From contig CALSNU010000006.1 of the NCBI GenBank assembly GCA_943787795.1, positions 320,001-384,000 on the forward strand: a stretch of DNA of 64,000 nt, given 5' to 3'. Origin of the DNA: an uncultured bacterium. Its GTDB lineage: Bacteria > Planctomycetota > UBA1135 > GCA-002686595. Shown here piece by piece: positions 9,385-19,849 of this stretch. The position numbers were made by a program, and so were the translations under genes. Each line of letters starts with the position of its first letter. Within the stretch, counting starts at the first letter, position 1. Below the pieces are notes generated by a model. That model did no database searches. It saw nothing but the letters and a program-made list of their open reading frames with translations, and was not told where the DNA came from.

Positions 9385-10179
9385 TCAGTCTAGCGCGAGC
9401 CCCGCCGGTCCCGAAGGGGCGTCCATTGCCGCCCGGACGAATCGCCCGGCGCTCTCGGCATCCAGGGTGAGCCTGGACTCCTCAGGAGGAGCGCCGGGCT
9501 TTCCGAGCGCCACTGACGAAGCTCCGGCCGACGACTCGCCGACCAGGTGGCTACAGGAGCCATGGATGGCGGGCACCCCTGTGGCCTCGAGCACGCGCGC
9601 CGCGGACTCGCCCGAGATCCCGCCCGCCGCGACGACCTCGATGCGACCGCCGAGCCGTTCGGCCAACGAGCGGAGCTCGACCCGACCCGCCCACGCAGAG
9701 GCTGCGCCCCCCGACGTGAGCAGTCGCCGCACGCCGAGCCCGAGCAGCACCTCCACGCCGGCTGCGCGATCCTCAAGTTGATCGAAGGCGCGATGGAAGG
9801 TCACTCTCAGGTCGCCCGCGGCTTCCACCAGCCGAGCCATCCGAGGGGCGTCCACGGCGCCCTCCCTCGTCAGGACGCCAAGCGCAACGCCATCGGCACG
9901 CCCCTCGCGCGCGGCCGCCACATCGCTCAGCAGCGCCGCGAAGTCTCCGTCGTCGAGGACAAAGTCGCCGCGCCTTGGCCTCGCCAAGACCACCACCTCC
10001 GTCCGCTGCCCCGGAGCCGCGGCCCGATCGCGGGCCTCAAGAGTCTGCGCCAGCAGCCCAGGACCGGGGCTCACGCCGCCAACCTCAAGGGCGGCACACA
10101 GCTCGATCCGGTCGGCCCCGAGGTCCAGCGCCACCGCCACGGAGGCGAGATCGGTACATAGCAATTCAGAGCGGGCCAT
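9385..10179 (-). CDS. cutC: CutC family protein
   Basis: GADRIELCAALEVGGVSP, RPRRGDF, TFHRAFD, LTSGG. Confidence 0.92.
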   Translation of the reverse strand: MARSELLCTDLASVAVALDLGADRIELCAALEVGGVSPGPGLLAQTLEARDRAAAPGQRTEVVVLARPRRGDFVLDDGDFAALLSDVAAAREGRADGVALGVLTREGAVDAPRMARLVEAAGDLRVTFHRAFDQLEDRAAGVEVLLGLGVRRLLTSGGAASAWAGRVELRSLAERLGGRIEVVAAGGISGESAARVLEATGVPAIHGSCSHLVGESSAGASSVALGKPGAPPEESRLTLDAESAGRFVRAAMDAPSGPAGLALD

Positions 10180-10279
10180 GGGAGTACAGGGCGAGATCGT
10201 GGGGGCGGGTGGGCGAGATGGCGCCAGCGGCGGGGCCTCGGCCCAATGGGGCGATGACTGCGGGCTCGACTCCCGTAGG

Positions 10280-12178
10280 ATGCGTCAGGACTCATCCATC
10301 GTGCACCGCTTTCCTCGCCCACTCCTCCTCGCCGCTGGCCTCTACGTCCTCTTTCGGGTCTGGGTCATCACGACCGCCTTCGACGCGGTCGCGATCCCGG
10401 TGTACGAGGTTCCCAACATGGGTAACCAGGCCTGGCTGCTCGAGGACGGGTTCCGCGGCGTTCCCTGGAGCTACTACTACGACAACGCAGGGGGCCAGCT
10501 CCTCACCGCGCTGTTGGCCGCGCCGCTGTACGCGCTCTTCGGTCCCAGCTACCTCGCCCTCAAGCTGGTGCCGTTCCTCATGGGCCTGGTCCTCATGGGC
10601 CTGATCTGGCGGTTCCTGAGCCAGAACATCAACCGTACCGCCGCCATCGTCGGGGTCTTCCTCTTCGCCCTCGGCCCCCCCACGCTGACCAAGTACTCGC
10701 TGCTCGCGAAGGGGAATCACTTCGAGGGCCTGATCTTCCTCTTTCTCCCGGTGGTGCTGGTCTTCGAGGCAAGCCGCCGCGAGCGCCGCACGCCCTGGCT
10801 CATCGGAGCGGGGCTCACCGCGGGCTTCTCCGTGGTCGTCTACTTCGGATCGCTCCTAGCGCTCTCGCTGCTCGCACCCGTGCAGCTGCGCCTCCGAGGG
10901 GTCCGGGGCGCCCTGCTGGACCTCCGCGCCCTCCTCCCCGCTGCGGGGATCGGGCTCCTCCCGCTGGCGGCGCTGCAGTGGATGACCGGCGGCCGGGCAG
11001 GGTTCTTCGCCAACAAGTTCACCTCCGTCGACCCTCAGCTTGACGCCGGGGGGCTGTGGAGTGAGACCCGCTCGCTGCTCTTCGAGACCCTCCCTGGGGG
11101 CGCGTGCTACGAGGCCCTCGGACCGATCCCCGCGCTCGTGGGAGAGTGGCTCTTGCTCCTCGTGCTCGCCGTCGCCTGGGTCACGCTCGTGGCCCGAGCC
11201 TGCCGCCCCGCCGCATCCGAGGACCCCCAGAGCGACCACGCGTCCCGCGGGGCCGCGCTCCTCATCGCCACGTACCTCCCCCTCGTCCTCGGGGTCATCG
11301 CCGTCGGCGTCTTGAAGATCCGCAGCATGCCCCCGCCGGTGGAGATCGGCGGGGTCCGCTACCTGGTGTCGTTCTACTTCTTCGGGGTGCTCGCCGTCGC
11401 CACCGCCAGCGGGCTGCTGCTGGAGCGCCAGCGGGGCACCCGGTGGAAGATCGGAGCCGGACTCCTCGCGTGTGCCGGAGCGACCACGCTCTTCGTCCTC
11501 CCCATCGCCGGCGTACAGTTCACCCGCGCCGCCGACGGCCTTCGGTACCCAGGGACCTTCTTCCGCAACTACGGGAGCCTGATCCAGCGCGGGGCCGTGA
11601 AGGACCCGATCACAGGGAAGCTCAGCCTCATCCCCGGCGAGGTCATGAAGGTAGCCGACGACTTCACCGGAGAGCGCAGGGAGGACATCCTCGTCAGCAC
11701 CGGAAACAGCCTGGCCTACGGCACCCTGGCCCAGGAAGGCACCATCGACCTCGGACGCCTCATACAGGGGTATCCGGAGGACGCGGCCCCTCATCTGCTG
11801 CGGGGCGTCGGATGCTTCTTGCGCTCCTCCCTCCCGCGTGAGGGCCCGCCGCCGCCGCGGGTGCAGGCGGTCCTCTCGCGGGCCTTCGAGGACCCGGCCC
11901 ACCGCGAACACGTGGCGGAGGGCATGGGCATGTCACTGACCTACCCGCTCCGCCGGACCCTGTCCGACGATCTCGTCCGCACCGAGCAGTCCCTCAACGC
12001 CGTCCCGCGCGACCTGCGCCTCTCCGTTCGCCGCGGGCAGGGCATCGACCTCGGGATCCGCGCGCGGCGTGGGCTCCACGGCGTCCACTCCCGACTCGAA
12101 CAGGTCCTCACCAACGTCAATGACCCCACCGAGCGCGAGACGCTCCGTGGGGCCATCGAGGCTTCCGCGCGACGCTGA
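10280..12178 (+). CDS. multi-pass membrane protein, possibly GT-C (PMT-like) glycosyltransferase, with soluble C-terminal domain
   Basis: Many TM helices; loop then LLAAPLYALFGPSYLALKL, resembling GT-C folds; start uncertain (10280 or 10301). Confidence 0.5.
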   Translation: MRQDSSIVHRFPRPLLLAAGLYVLFRVWVITTAFDAVAIPVYEVPNMGNQAWLLEDGFRGVPWSYYYDNAGGQLLTALLAAPLYALFGPSYLALKLVPFLMGLVLMGLIWRFLSQNINRTAAIVGVFLFALGPPTLTKYSLLAKGNHFEGLIFLFLPVVLVFEASRRERRTPWLIGAGLTAGFSVVVYFGSLLALSLLAPVQLRLRGVRGALLDLRALLPAAGIGLLPLAALQWMTGGRAGFFANKFTSVDPQLDAGGLWSETRSLLFETLPGGACYEALGPIPALVGEWLLLLVLAVAWVTLVARACRPAASEDPQSDHASRGAALLIATYLPLVLGVIAVGVLKIRSMPPPVEIGGVRYLVSFYFFGVLAVATASGLLLERQRGTRWKIGAGLLACAGATTLFVLPIAGVQFTRAADGLRYPGTFFRNYGSLIQRGAVKDPITGKLSLIPGEVMKVADDFTGERREDILVSTGNSLAYGTLAQEGTIDLGRLIQGYPEDAAPHLLRGVGCFLRSSLPREGPPPPRVQAVLSRAFEDPAHREHVAEGMGMSLTYPLRRTLSDDLVRTEQSLNAVPRDLRLSVRRGQGIDLGIRARRGLHGVHSRLEQVLTNVNDPTERETLRGAIEASARR

Positions 12179-12179
12179 T

Positions 12180-13316
12180 CTAGCGCTCGCCCATGGGGGT
12201 GTAGGAGCGCTGACGCTCCCCCACGTAAATCTGAGCCGGACGGAAGAGCTTGTTGTCTTCGTGCTGCTCCAGCCAGTGAGCGCAGTACCCCGCGACCCTG
12301 GCCATGGCGAAGATCGGAGTGAACACGTCGGTGTTGAGGCCCAGCTTCTCGTAGACCAGGCCGCTGAAGAAGTCGACGTTGGGGTAGATGCCTCGGCCAC
12401 CCAGCTTGGCGGTGACCACTTCCTCGAGCTTCAGCGCCACGTCGTACTTGGGTGTCGAGCCGAGCTCTTCAAACAGCTTCACCGCGAGCACCTGCAGGTT
12501 CTTCGCCCGCGGGTCCTTCGTCTTGTAGACGCGGTGCCCGAAGCCCATCACCTTGCTCTTGGACTCAGCCTTGGCCTCATACCAGCCCTCGACCGCATCC
12601 ACACCGTCGATGGTCGACAGCTGGTTGAGCACGCGCTCGTTGGCGCCGCCGTGGAGCGGTCCGAAGAGCGCCCCCACCGCGCCGCTGCACGAGGTGTAGG
12701 GGTCGTTCTCCGTGGACGCCACCACTCGGCACGCGAACGTTGACGCGTTCATGGTGTGTTCGGCGTGCAGGATCAGCGCGCAATCGAGCGTCTTTGAGGC
12801 GATCTCGGCCGGCTCTTCACCGTCGAGGCACCACAGGAAGTTCGCGGCGGTGGAGAGCTCGGCGCGGGGTGCGACGTACTCCTTGCCTGCCCGAACCCGC
12901 TCAAAGAGCGCCACGAGCACCGGCGTCACGGCGATCACTCGCCGCGCCGCCTCGTCCTTGGAGGCGGGGTCCCGCAGGTCCACCTTGGGGCTGACCATGC
13001 CAAGCGCGGCCAGGGAGGCCTGAAGCGCCTGCATCGGGTGCCCCGTCACAGGGAACGCCTCGACCATCTTCACCAGCGCCGGCGGCAGCACCCGCAGGCG
13101 CGCCAGGTCCGCTTCAAAGGCCGCCAGCTCGTCGCTCGAGGGAAGCTGACCGTAGAGGAGCAGCCATGCCACCTCTTCGAAGGTGCTGTGAGCGGAGAGG
13201 TCCTCGATGGGGTAGCCGCGATACTCCAGAACGCCCGCCTGACCGTCGATGAAGCTCACCGATGATTCTGCGGCCGGAATACCGGCCAGACCGGGGACTA
13301 GCTCAGGGGATGACAC
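12180..13316 (-). CDS. gltA: citrate synthase
   Basis: LEYRGYPI, HAEHTMNAST, GPLHGGAN, GFGHRVYK, YPNVDF; GTG start with GGAG upstream. Confidence 0.95.
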   Translation of the reverse strand: MSSPELVPGLAGIPAAESSVSFIDGQAGVLEYRGYPIEDLSAHSTFEEVAWLLLYGQLPSSDELAAFEADLARLRVLPPALVKMVEAFPVTGHPMQALQASLAALGMVSPKVDLRDPASKDEAARRVIAVTPVLVALFERVRAGKEYVAPRAELSTAANFLWCLDGEEPAEIASKTLDCALILHAEHTMNASTFACRVVASTENDPYTSCSGAVGALFGPLHGGANERVLNQLSTIDGVDAVEGWYEAKAESKSKVMGFGHRVYKTKDPRAKNLQVLAVKLFEELGSTPKYDVALKLEEVVTAKLGGRGIYPNVDFFSGLVYEKLGLNTDVFTPIFAMARVAGYCAHWLEQHEDNKLFRPAQIYVGERQRSYTPMGER

Positions 13317-13366
13317 TAAAGGGCTCCGTGGGTGTGGGTGTAGAGAGAGATGGAGGAGCGGCGAGG

Positions 13367-14830
13367 TCAGGCTCGCTGCATGAGGAATTCGATGAGGAGC
13401 CTGGCGCCGACGCCAGTTCCCTGGGATCCACCGACCCAATCGCGGTCACGCGTGTTCCACGCGGTGCCGGCGATGTCGAGGTGGGCCCATTCGCGGCCGT
13501 CTGCGACGAAGTTCGAGAGGAAGGCAGCGCCCTGGCTGGGCCCCGCGCCCATGGCTGGTGAGCCGATGTTGGCGAGGTCCGCGGACTTGCCCTTCATGCC
13601 GTCCTTGTGGGCCTCGAGCAGAGGCAGCGGCCAGACCTCTTCACCGGTCACGCCGCCGGCGGCGAGCAGATCGTCGCGCAGCGCGTCCGTGGTGGCGAAC
13701 ATCCCCGTCAGCTCGTGGCCGAGTCCGACGATGACCGCCCCGGTCAGGGTCGCGAGGTCGATGATGGTGTCCGGCTTGACCTTGGACTCCACGTAGCAGA
13801 GGGCGTCCGCCAGGATCAGGCGGCCCTCCGCGTCCGTGTTGAGGATCTCAACGGTCTTACCGTTCATGCCCGTGTGGACGTCGCCCGGCTTCGTCGCGTT
13901 GCCGTCGATCAGGTTCTCCGAGGCCGGGACGATCCCGTGGACCTCGAACGGCACCTCGTACCCGCCGGCCAGCGCGTGCATGGCCCCGAGGACCGCCGCG
14001 CCACCCGACATGTCGTAGCGCATCTCGTCCATCTTGCTCGGCGGCTTGAGCGAGTAGCCGCCCGCGTCGAAGGTCAGGCCCTTGCCCACAAAGGCGATCC
14101 GGCCACGGGACTTGCCCTTCGGCTTGTAGGTCAGGTGAATGAGCCGGGCGGGCTCCACAGACCCGGCGGAGACGCCGAGCAGGAGGCCCATGCCCGCCTT
14201 TCGCATGGCCGCCTCGTCCATGATCTTGGCGGTCATCCGCGGATGACGGCGAGCGAGACCACGAGCCTCCTTGGCGAGCGCCACGGGGGTCACCATGTTG
14301 CCGGCGCCGTTCTGCAGGTCGCGGGTGAAGGCGCTGGCCGCGGCCAGGATCTCCCCCTCCTTGGCCCCCTTCTTGAAGGCCGCACCGGGACCTCCGAGGG
14401 TGATGGTCTTGAGGGCCGACGGCTTGGCCTTGCTCTTCTCGGCGTCGAAGGAATAGGTCGCCAGGAGCGCGCCCTCCGCCGCGGCGCGCCCGGCGCAGGC
14501 AGGGCCTCCGGCCGCGTCGCACGCCTCGCTGGAGACTTCGATATGGAGGGTCCGGCACTCCCGCTTCGAGGCCGCCTTCGCCGCCACCGCGGCGGATCGC
14601 CGGATGGCCTCCGCGTCCACGGCGCCGAGCCCGACCAGCAGCACCTGTCCGGTGGAACCGCCGCTGGTATAGGTGCTGCGAACGGCACGCGCCTCACCGT
14701 CAAAACCGGCGAGGAACCCCTCCGGGGCCTCGACGCCCGCGGGGAGCTGGGCGGAGCCGCCGCCGGCGATGAGGAGGGCGAGGAGATCGGTACGCGCAGC
14801 CTTACCGGAGTCCTTGATGGAGAGCTTCAT
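13367..14830 (-). CDS. pepA: leucyl aminopeptidase (M17)
   Basis: VGKGLTFDAGG, NTDAEGRLILAD, ATLTGA, HLDIAG. Confidence 0.95.
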   Translation of the reverse strand: MKLSIKDSGKAARTDLLALLIAGGGSAQLPAGVEAPEGFLAGFDGEARAVRSTYTSGGSTGQVLLVGLGAVDAEAIRRSAAVAAKAASKRECRTLHIEVSSEACDAAGGPACAGRAAAEGALLATYSFDAEKSKAKPSALKTITLGGPGAAFKKGAKEGEILAAASAFTRDLQNGAGNMVTPVALAKEARGLARRHPRMTAKIMDEAAMRKAGMGLLLGVSAGSVEPARLIHLTYKPKGKSRGRIAFVGKGLTFDAGGYSLKPPSKMDEMRYDMSGGAAVLGAMHALAGGYEVPFEVHGIVPASENLIDGNATKPGDVHTGMNGKTVEILNTDAEGRLILADALCYVESKVKPDTIIDLATLTGAVIVGLGHELTGMFATTDALRDDLLAAGGVTGEEVWPLPLLEAHKDGMKGKSADLANIGSPAMGAGPSQGAAFLSNFVADGREWAHLDIAGTAWNTRDRDWVGGSQGTGVGARLLIEFLMQRA

Positions 14831-14887
14831 GGGACGAGCAGAGAGAGGGTTGGATGGAGCGAGAGTGAATGCGTCTTCAGAGCGAGA

Positions 14888-16570
14888 TCACATGCCCAGA
14901 TACTTCGGGCCGCCGCCGCCCTCGGGAACGACCCACTCGATGTTCTCGTAGGGGTCCATGATGTCGCACGTCTTGCAGTGGACGCAGTTGGAGGCGTTGA
15001 TCACGACCGCCTCTGACCCCTTGGGCCACTCGTAGACGGCCGCAGGGCAGAAGTGCTTGCAAGGGTTCCCGTACTCCTCGGTGCACCGATCCACACAGAT
15101 GCTCGGATCGTTCACGAGGAGGTGCGCGGGCTGATCCTCCTCGTGGATCGTCCCCGAGAGGTACACGTCGCTGAGCTTGTCCATGGCGTCGGAGTCGTTG
15201 TAGCTCGGCAGCGACGTGGTCGAGCGAGACTCGGGCTCCATGGTCTCGTGGTCACTGTGGCCCGGCCGGCGGGCCACGAGCCCGCGCCCCTTGGTGATCA
15301 TCTGGACGCCGAAGTCGAGCATCCCCGCGAAGAGTCCTCCGGAGAACGCCTGGCGATAGTTCCGGTAACGGTGCAGCTCAGCATGGGCCCAGGAGGCCTC
15401 GTAGGCGTCCTGGTAGCACTTCAGCCCCGCCTTTGAGGTGTCCCCAGCCGCGAGGCTCTTGGCGATGCCTTCGGCCGCGAGCATCCCCGACTTGATCGCG
15501 AGGTGGATCCCCTTGAGCGTCGCCGCGTTCAGGAACCCGCCCGTGTCGCCGACAAAGACGAAGCCGTCGCCATGCAGCCGCGGCTGCGAGTAGTAGCCGC
15601 CCTCGGGCACGCACTTGGCGCCGTAGTTGATCGGCTTCCCGCCCTCCAGGAGGCGCTTGATCTTGGGGTGCTGCTTCCACTTCACGAAGAGGCCGTGAGG
15701 GTCCAGCCGCGCGTCCGGATGGTCGAGGCCGACCACGAAGCCGATGGAGATCTTGTCCTCGGCGATGCCGTACACCCACGAGCCCCCATAGCTCTTGGTG
15801 TCGAGCGGGAAGCCGCCGGTGTGCATCACCTTGCCGTGCATCTCCTTGCCGATCTCGGGCGAGACCTGCCAGATCTCCTTGATCCCCGTGCCGTAGGTCT
15901 GCGGGTTGCGACCGTCCATCACGTCGAGCCGGCGGAAGAGGTCCTTCGCCAGGTTGCCGCGCACGCCCTCCGCGAAGACGGTAACCTCCGCGGACACGTC
16001 CATGCCCGGCTCGAAGGTGGCCTTTTGCGAGCCATCCTTCCCCACGCCGCTGTCCCTGGTCTGAACACCCACGACGCGGTCGGTGTCCCCATCGAAGCGG
16101 GCCTCGGCCACCGGGAACCCGGCGTAGATCTCGACGCCCAGCTCCTCCGCCTGGCTCGACATCCACTTGGTGATCTCGTTGAGCGACACCATGTAGTTGC
16201 CATGGTTCTTGAGCGGCGGGGGGCACAGCACGCCCTTCAGCTTCAGGCTCCCGCCGCCGGGGCGGAGCATCTCGGCCCAGTCGTCCTTGACCTCGGAGAG
16301 CACGGGGAACCCGCGCTCCTTCCAGTCCGGGAAGAGCTCCGAGATCCCCTTCGGATCCATCACTGCCCCCGAGAGGCTGTGGTGCCCGATCTCCTCGGCC
16401 TTGTCGAGGACGAGGATCGTCCGCTCCTCATCGCCGGCTTCCTTCAGCAGCCGCGACAGGTGAACCGCGCAGGCGAGCCCCGCAGGGCCCGCGCCGACAA
16501 TACAGACATCAACCGGCAGTTCTTCCCGCTCCACGCCGCTGACGTTGAGGGAGGTGATCCTGGGCTTCAT
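14888..16570 (-). CDS. electron transfer flavoprotein-ubiquinone oxidoreductase
   Basis: VGAGPAG, LSGAV, KGIHLAIKSG, C-terminal FCPAAVYE..NCVHCKTCDI 4Fe-4S motif. Confidence 0.93.
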   Translation of the reverse strand: MKPRITSLNVSGVEREELPVDVCIVGAGPAGLACAVHLSRLLKEAGDEERTILVLDKAEEIGHHSLSGAVMDPKGISELFPDWKERGFPVLSEVKDDWAEMLRPGGGSLKLKGVLCPPPLKNHGNYMVSLNEITKWMSSQAEELGVEIYAGFPVAEARFDGDTDRVVGVQTRDSGVGKDGSQKATFEPGMDVSAEVTVFAEGVRGNLAKDLFRRLDVMDGRNPQTYGTGIKEIWQVSPEIGKEMHGKVMHTGGFPLDTKSYGGSWVYGIAEDKISIGFVVGLDHPDARLDPHGLFVKWKQHPKIKRLLEGGKPINYGAKCVPEGGYYSQPRLHGDGFVFVGDTGGFLNAATLKGIHLAIKSGMLAAEGIAKSLAAGDTSKAGLKCYQDAYEASWAHAELHRYRNYRQAFSGGLFAGMLDFGVQMITKGRGLVARRPGHSDHETMEPESRSTTSLPSYNDSDAMDKLSDVYLSGTIHEEDQPAHLLVNDPSICVDRCTEEYGNPCKHFCPAAVYEWPKGSEAVVINASNCVHCKTCDIMDPYENIEWVVPEGGGGPKYLGM

Positions 16571-16688
16571 CGAGTACAGAGGGGAACGCGCTCTGGCGCT
16601 CCGCGGGCGGGTCTAAGGCGTCTCCCGTGGGGCTCACATGGCGAGCCTTCGGCGAGGGGATGGGGCAAGGAGTATACGGGCTCCCGCC

Positions 16689-17543
16689 TCAGGACCGATC
16701 CCCGATCCAGTGGTGTCCTGCGCGGTAGACCTCCTTCTTCCAGACCGGCAGGCGCTCCTTGAGGGTGTCGATCAGGAATCTGGCCGCGAGAAACGCCGCG
16801 TCTCGGTGCGGACTGGCCACCGCGATGACCACGCTGGGCTCCCCCACGCCGACGACACCGGTTCGATGGACGCAGAGCATCCTGAGGGTCCGATCGAGCT
16901 CTGCTCCGCCTGCGGCACGGCCTCCCCCTGGGCTTCCATCTGGGCCTTCACCTGGGCCTCCACATGGGCCTTCAGCTGGACCTCCAGCCGGACTTGCAGC
17001 CATGCCGACAGGCGGCCCTCCCGGGCCGTGAGCGGCCAGGCAGTCCCGGAAGATGCGCCGCATCTCGGGCCCAGCCATCTCATCGAAGGCCTCGTAGTCC
17101 AACCGGGACACATCCTGTCCCCGGTTGATCTCGCGGGTGGTCCCCGTGAAGAGCACGATCGCCCCGCAACGGGGACTGGCGACCCGCCCCTGCATGGCGG
17201 CGGGATCGATCGGATCCGGAGAGAGTTCAAAGACTCCCTCCTCAAGAGGGTCAATAGATCCAACCTCGGAAGACGGGGCTCCTCCGCTGACGGGAGGGAG
17301 CATCGCCACGGAGTCGCCCGGGAGCACGATGCGCTCCGTCTTGGCGTACTCGTCGCCAATCACCACGGAGGCGAAGGACAGATCCCCGAGGTCGGGAAGC
17401 TGCGCCTCCATCCGCCGCTTTAGCCCCTCCGTGGTCGTGCCAGCTGGGACTCCGAGGATCTGCACCGAGTCCGCGCCCGCGCGCTCCCGAAGGACCGCGA
17501 AGAGGCGCACCTCAACGTCGAACGCCGCCGAAGCTTCAGCCAT
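16689..17543 (-). CDS. moaE: molybdopterin synthase MoaD-MoaE fusion
   Basis: VRLFAVLRE...LPPVSGG (MoaD) followed by GAIVLFTGTTRE, LDYEAF, HRTG, SPHR, PVWKKE (MoaE). Confidence 0.9.
   Translation of the reverse strand: MAEASAAFDVEVRLFAVLRERAGADSVQILGVPAGTTTEGLKRRMEAQLPDLGDLSFASVVIGDEYAKTERIVLPGDSVAMLPPVSGGAPSSEVGSIDPLEEGVFELSPDPIDPAAMQGRVASPRCGAIVLFTGTTREINRGQDVSRLDYEAFDEMAGPEMRRIFRDCLAAHGPGGPPVGMAASPAGGPAEGPCGGPGEGPDGSPGGGRAAGGAELDRTLRMLCVHRTGVVGVGEPSVVIAVASPHRDAAFLAARFLIDTLKERLPVWKKEVYRAGHHWIGDRS
16925..16990 (-). repeat. in-frame 12-bp degenerate repeat inserted in MoaE
   Basis: Encodes GGPA EGPC GGPG EGPD GSPG. Confidence 0.6.
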
Positions 17544-17547
17544 CGAC

Positions 17548-18111
<564 letters not shown>

Positions 18112-18314
18112 TTCAGCCTCTTGTAGACGATGACCGGCGCGAGCGCCGGCAGGTGGGGGCCGCGCGCGAGAAAGCGGTCGCGGGTGGCCCAGAGCGGGTT
18201 CGGATCGGTCCAGGCGTGAGCCCGGACGAGAAATAAGAGTGTAGCGCAGGAGCAGCCGTGATCCGACGCCTTCACCCGCCTACCATTGGGAAGTCGTCGG
18301 AGGCGACTTCTGCT

Positions 18315-18695
18315 ATGAGCCAACCCTCACCCAACGCATTCCAGCAGCAGCCTGGAGACGGCCGGGAGCGCCGGAAGTTCCGCCGGGCCCGGCTGGACCT
18401 GCCGGTCACTATCTCCCTGGACGACGGCGAGCACGAGGCCAAGATCCGGGACGTCAGCCGTGGGGGCGTGTGCTTCTTCCTCGACCGCCCGGTCCCGGAG
18501 ATGACCGCCCTGCGCGTCGACTTCGAGCTCCCGACCGAGCACGGCCGGCGGCGGATCACCGGGAGCGGGGCCGTGGTGCGCTGCGAGAAGATCAGCCGAA
18601 CCCTCGAGCACTACGAGATCGCGGTCTTCGTGCAGAACATGGCCTCGCCCGACCGAGACACGATCGAACAGTACGTCGCCTCCATCCGCGACTGA
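18315..18695 (+). CDS. stand-alone PilZ domain protein
   Basis: RxxxR (ERRKFRR) and DxSxxG (DVSRGG) c-di-GMP motifs. Confidence 0.85.
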   Translation: MSQPSPNAFQQQPGDGRERRKFRRARLDLPVTISLDDGEHEAKIRDVSRGGVCFFLDRPVPEMTALRVDFELPTEHGRRRITGSGAVVRCEKISRTLEHYEIAVFVQNMASPDRDTIEQYVASIRD

Positions 18696-18820
18696 TCGGG
18701 GCCAGCGAGCGCCCGCGGTCGAGGCATGCGCCTCGAAGGTCGCTTCACCCACGCCTGCTGCCCTGGCCGCGGCTCTGCCGGGTATCGACCACCGCCCTGC
18801 TGGCGACTCGGTGCCCTCCC

Positions 18821-19666
18821 TCAGCGCACGAGGGCGAGGACGCGCGGGACACCCGCGAGGTCATCGACGATCTCTGCCGAGCGGGCGCCGCTCCCCTCTG
18901 CGAGCTGATGGACGCGCTGGCCCTGCAGATGGCCCAGCTCCACCAGCAGCAGGCCTCCAGGCTTGAGGACCCGCGGCACCAGTTCGATCAGCCCACGAGC
19001 CCAGAAGTCGGGGTCCGCAGACGGCGCGTACAGCGCCAGGGGCGGCTCGTGCTCCCGGACCTCGGGGGAGAGCAGCTCCCTCTCCGTCGGCTCCACGTAG
19101 GGAGGGTTGCTCACGATCAGGTCAAATGGCCCGCCGACCCCCGCGAGCTCTTCCAGCTTCTCCAGCCCCTCTCCCCTGTGCAGGGAAACGCTCGCGTCGT
19201 GGCTCTCCGCGTTTCGCGAAGCCCAGGCAAGGGCCTCCTCCGAGAGGTCGATCGCGTCCACCACCGCCCCCTCGAGCTCCAGGGCGAGCGTCACCGCGAG
19301 GCACCCCGACCCCGTCCCCACGTCCGCCACCCGCAGCCCCGCCGTCTTCGCGGCGGGGATGCGCTCACGGGCCAGATCCACAATCAGCTCGGTCTCGGGG
19401 CGGGGCACCAGCGCCCCGGGCCCGACAGCAAAGTCGCGCCCGAAGAACTCTCTCTGCCCGACGATATAGGCGGTGGGCTCGCGCCGGCCCCGGCGCACCA
19501 GGCAGTCACGGGCGAGGTCCACCTCAGCGCCCTGGATCGGCGCATCCAGCCGCATGAAGAGCCCTAGCCGGTCCACCTGAAGCGCGTGGGCCACGAGCAA
19601 CTCCGCCTCGAGCCGAGCCTCCCCCAGCCCCTTGCGCTCGAGGAACCCACGGGCCAGCGCGAGCAT
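18821..19666 (-). CDS. prmC: release factor glutamine methyltransferase PrmC/HemK (true start uncertain, see findings)
   Basis: EPTAYIVG, LVPRPETE, DVGTGSG, SNPPY. Confidence 0.95.
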   Translation of the reverse strand: MLALARGFLERKGLGEARLEAELLVAHALQVDRLGLFMRLDAPIQGAEVDLARDCLVRRGRREPTAYIVGQREFFGRDFAVGPGALVPRPETELIVDLARERIPAAKTAGLRVADVGTGSGCLAVTLALELEGAVVDAIDLSEEALAWASRNAESHDASVSLHRGEGLEKLEELAGVGGPFDLIVSNPPYVEPTERELLSPEVREHEPPLALYAPSADPDFWARGLIELVPRVLKPGGLLLVELGHLQGQRVHQLAEGSGARSAEIVDDLAGVPRVLALVR

Positions 19667-19699
19667 CTCTCGGGCCGTCCGGGGCGCCGGGGGTCGGCC

Positions 19700-19779
19700 G
19701 CCCTGAGCCGCCGAAGCGACCTGAGCCGCAGACTCACCCTGAGCAGCCGGCTCACCCTGAGCAGCCGACTCACCCTGAC
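19700..19779 (-). repeat. 18-bp tandem repeat upstream of prmC, in prmC frame
   Basis: CAGGGTGAG(T/C)CGGCTGCT-like units encoding QGESAA QGEPAA QGESAA QVASAA. Confidence 0.8.
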
Positions 19780-19849
19780 GTCCAGGTTCGCCACCCGGAC
19801 TCGCGTGGCGGTCCTCGCCGTGGGATTGGTCGCCGCGGGAGTGAATGGG

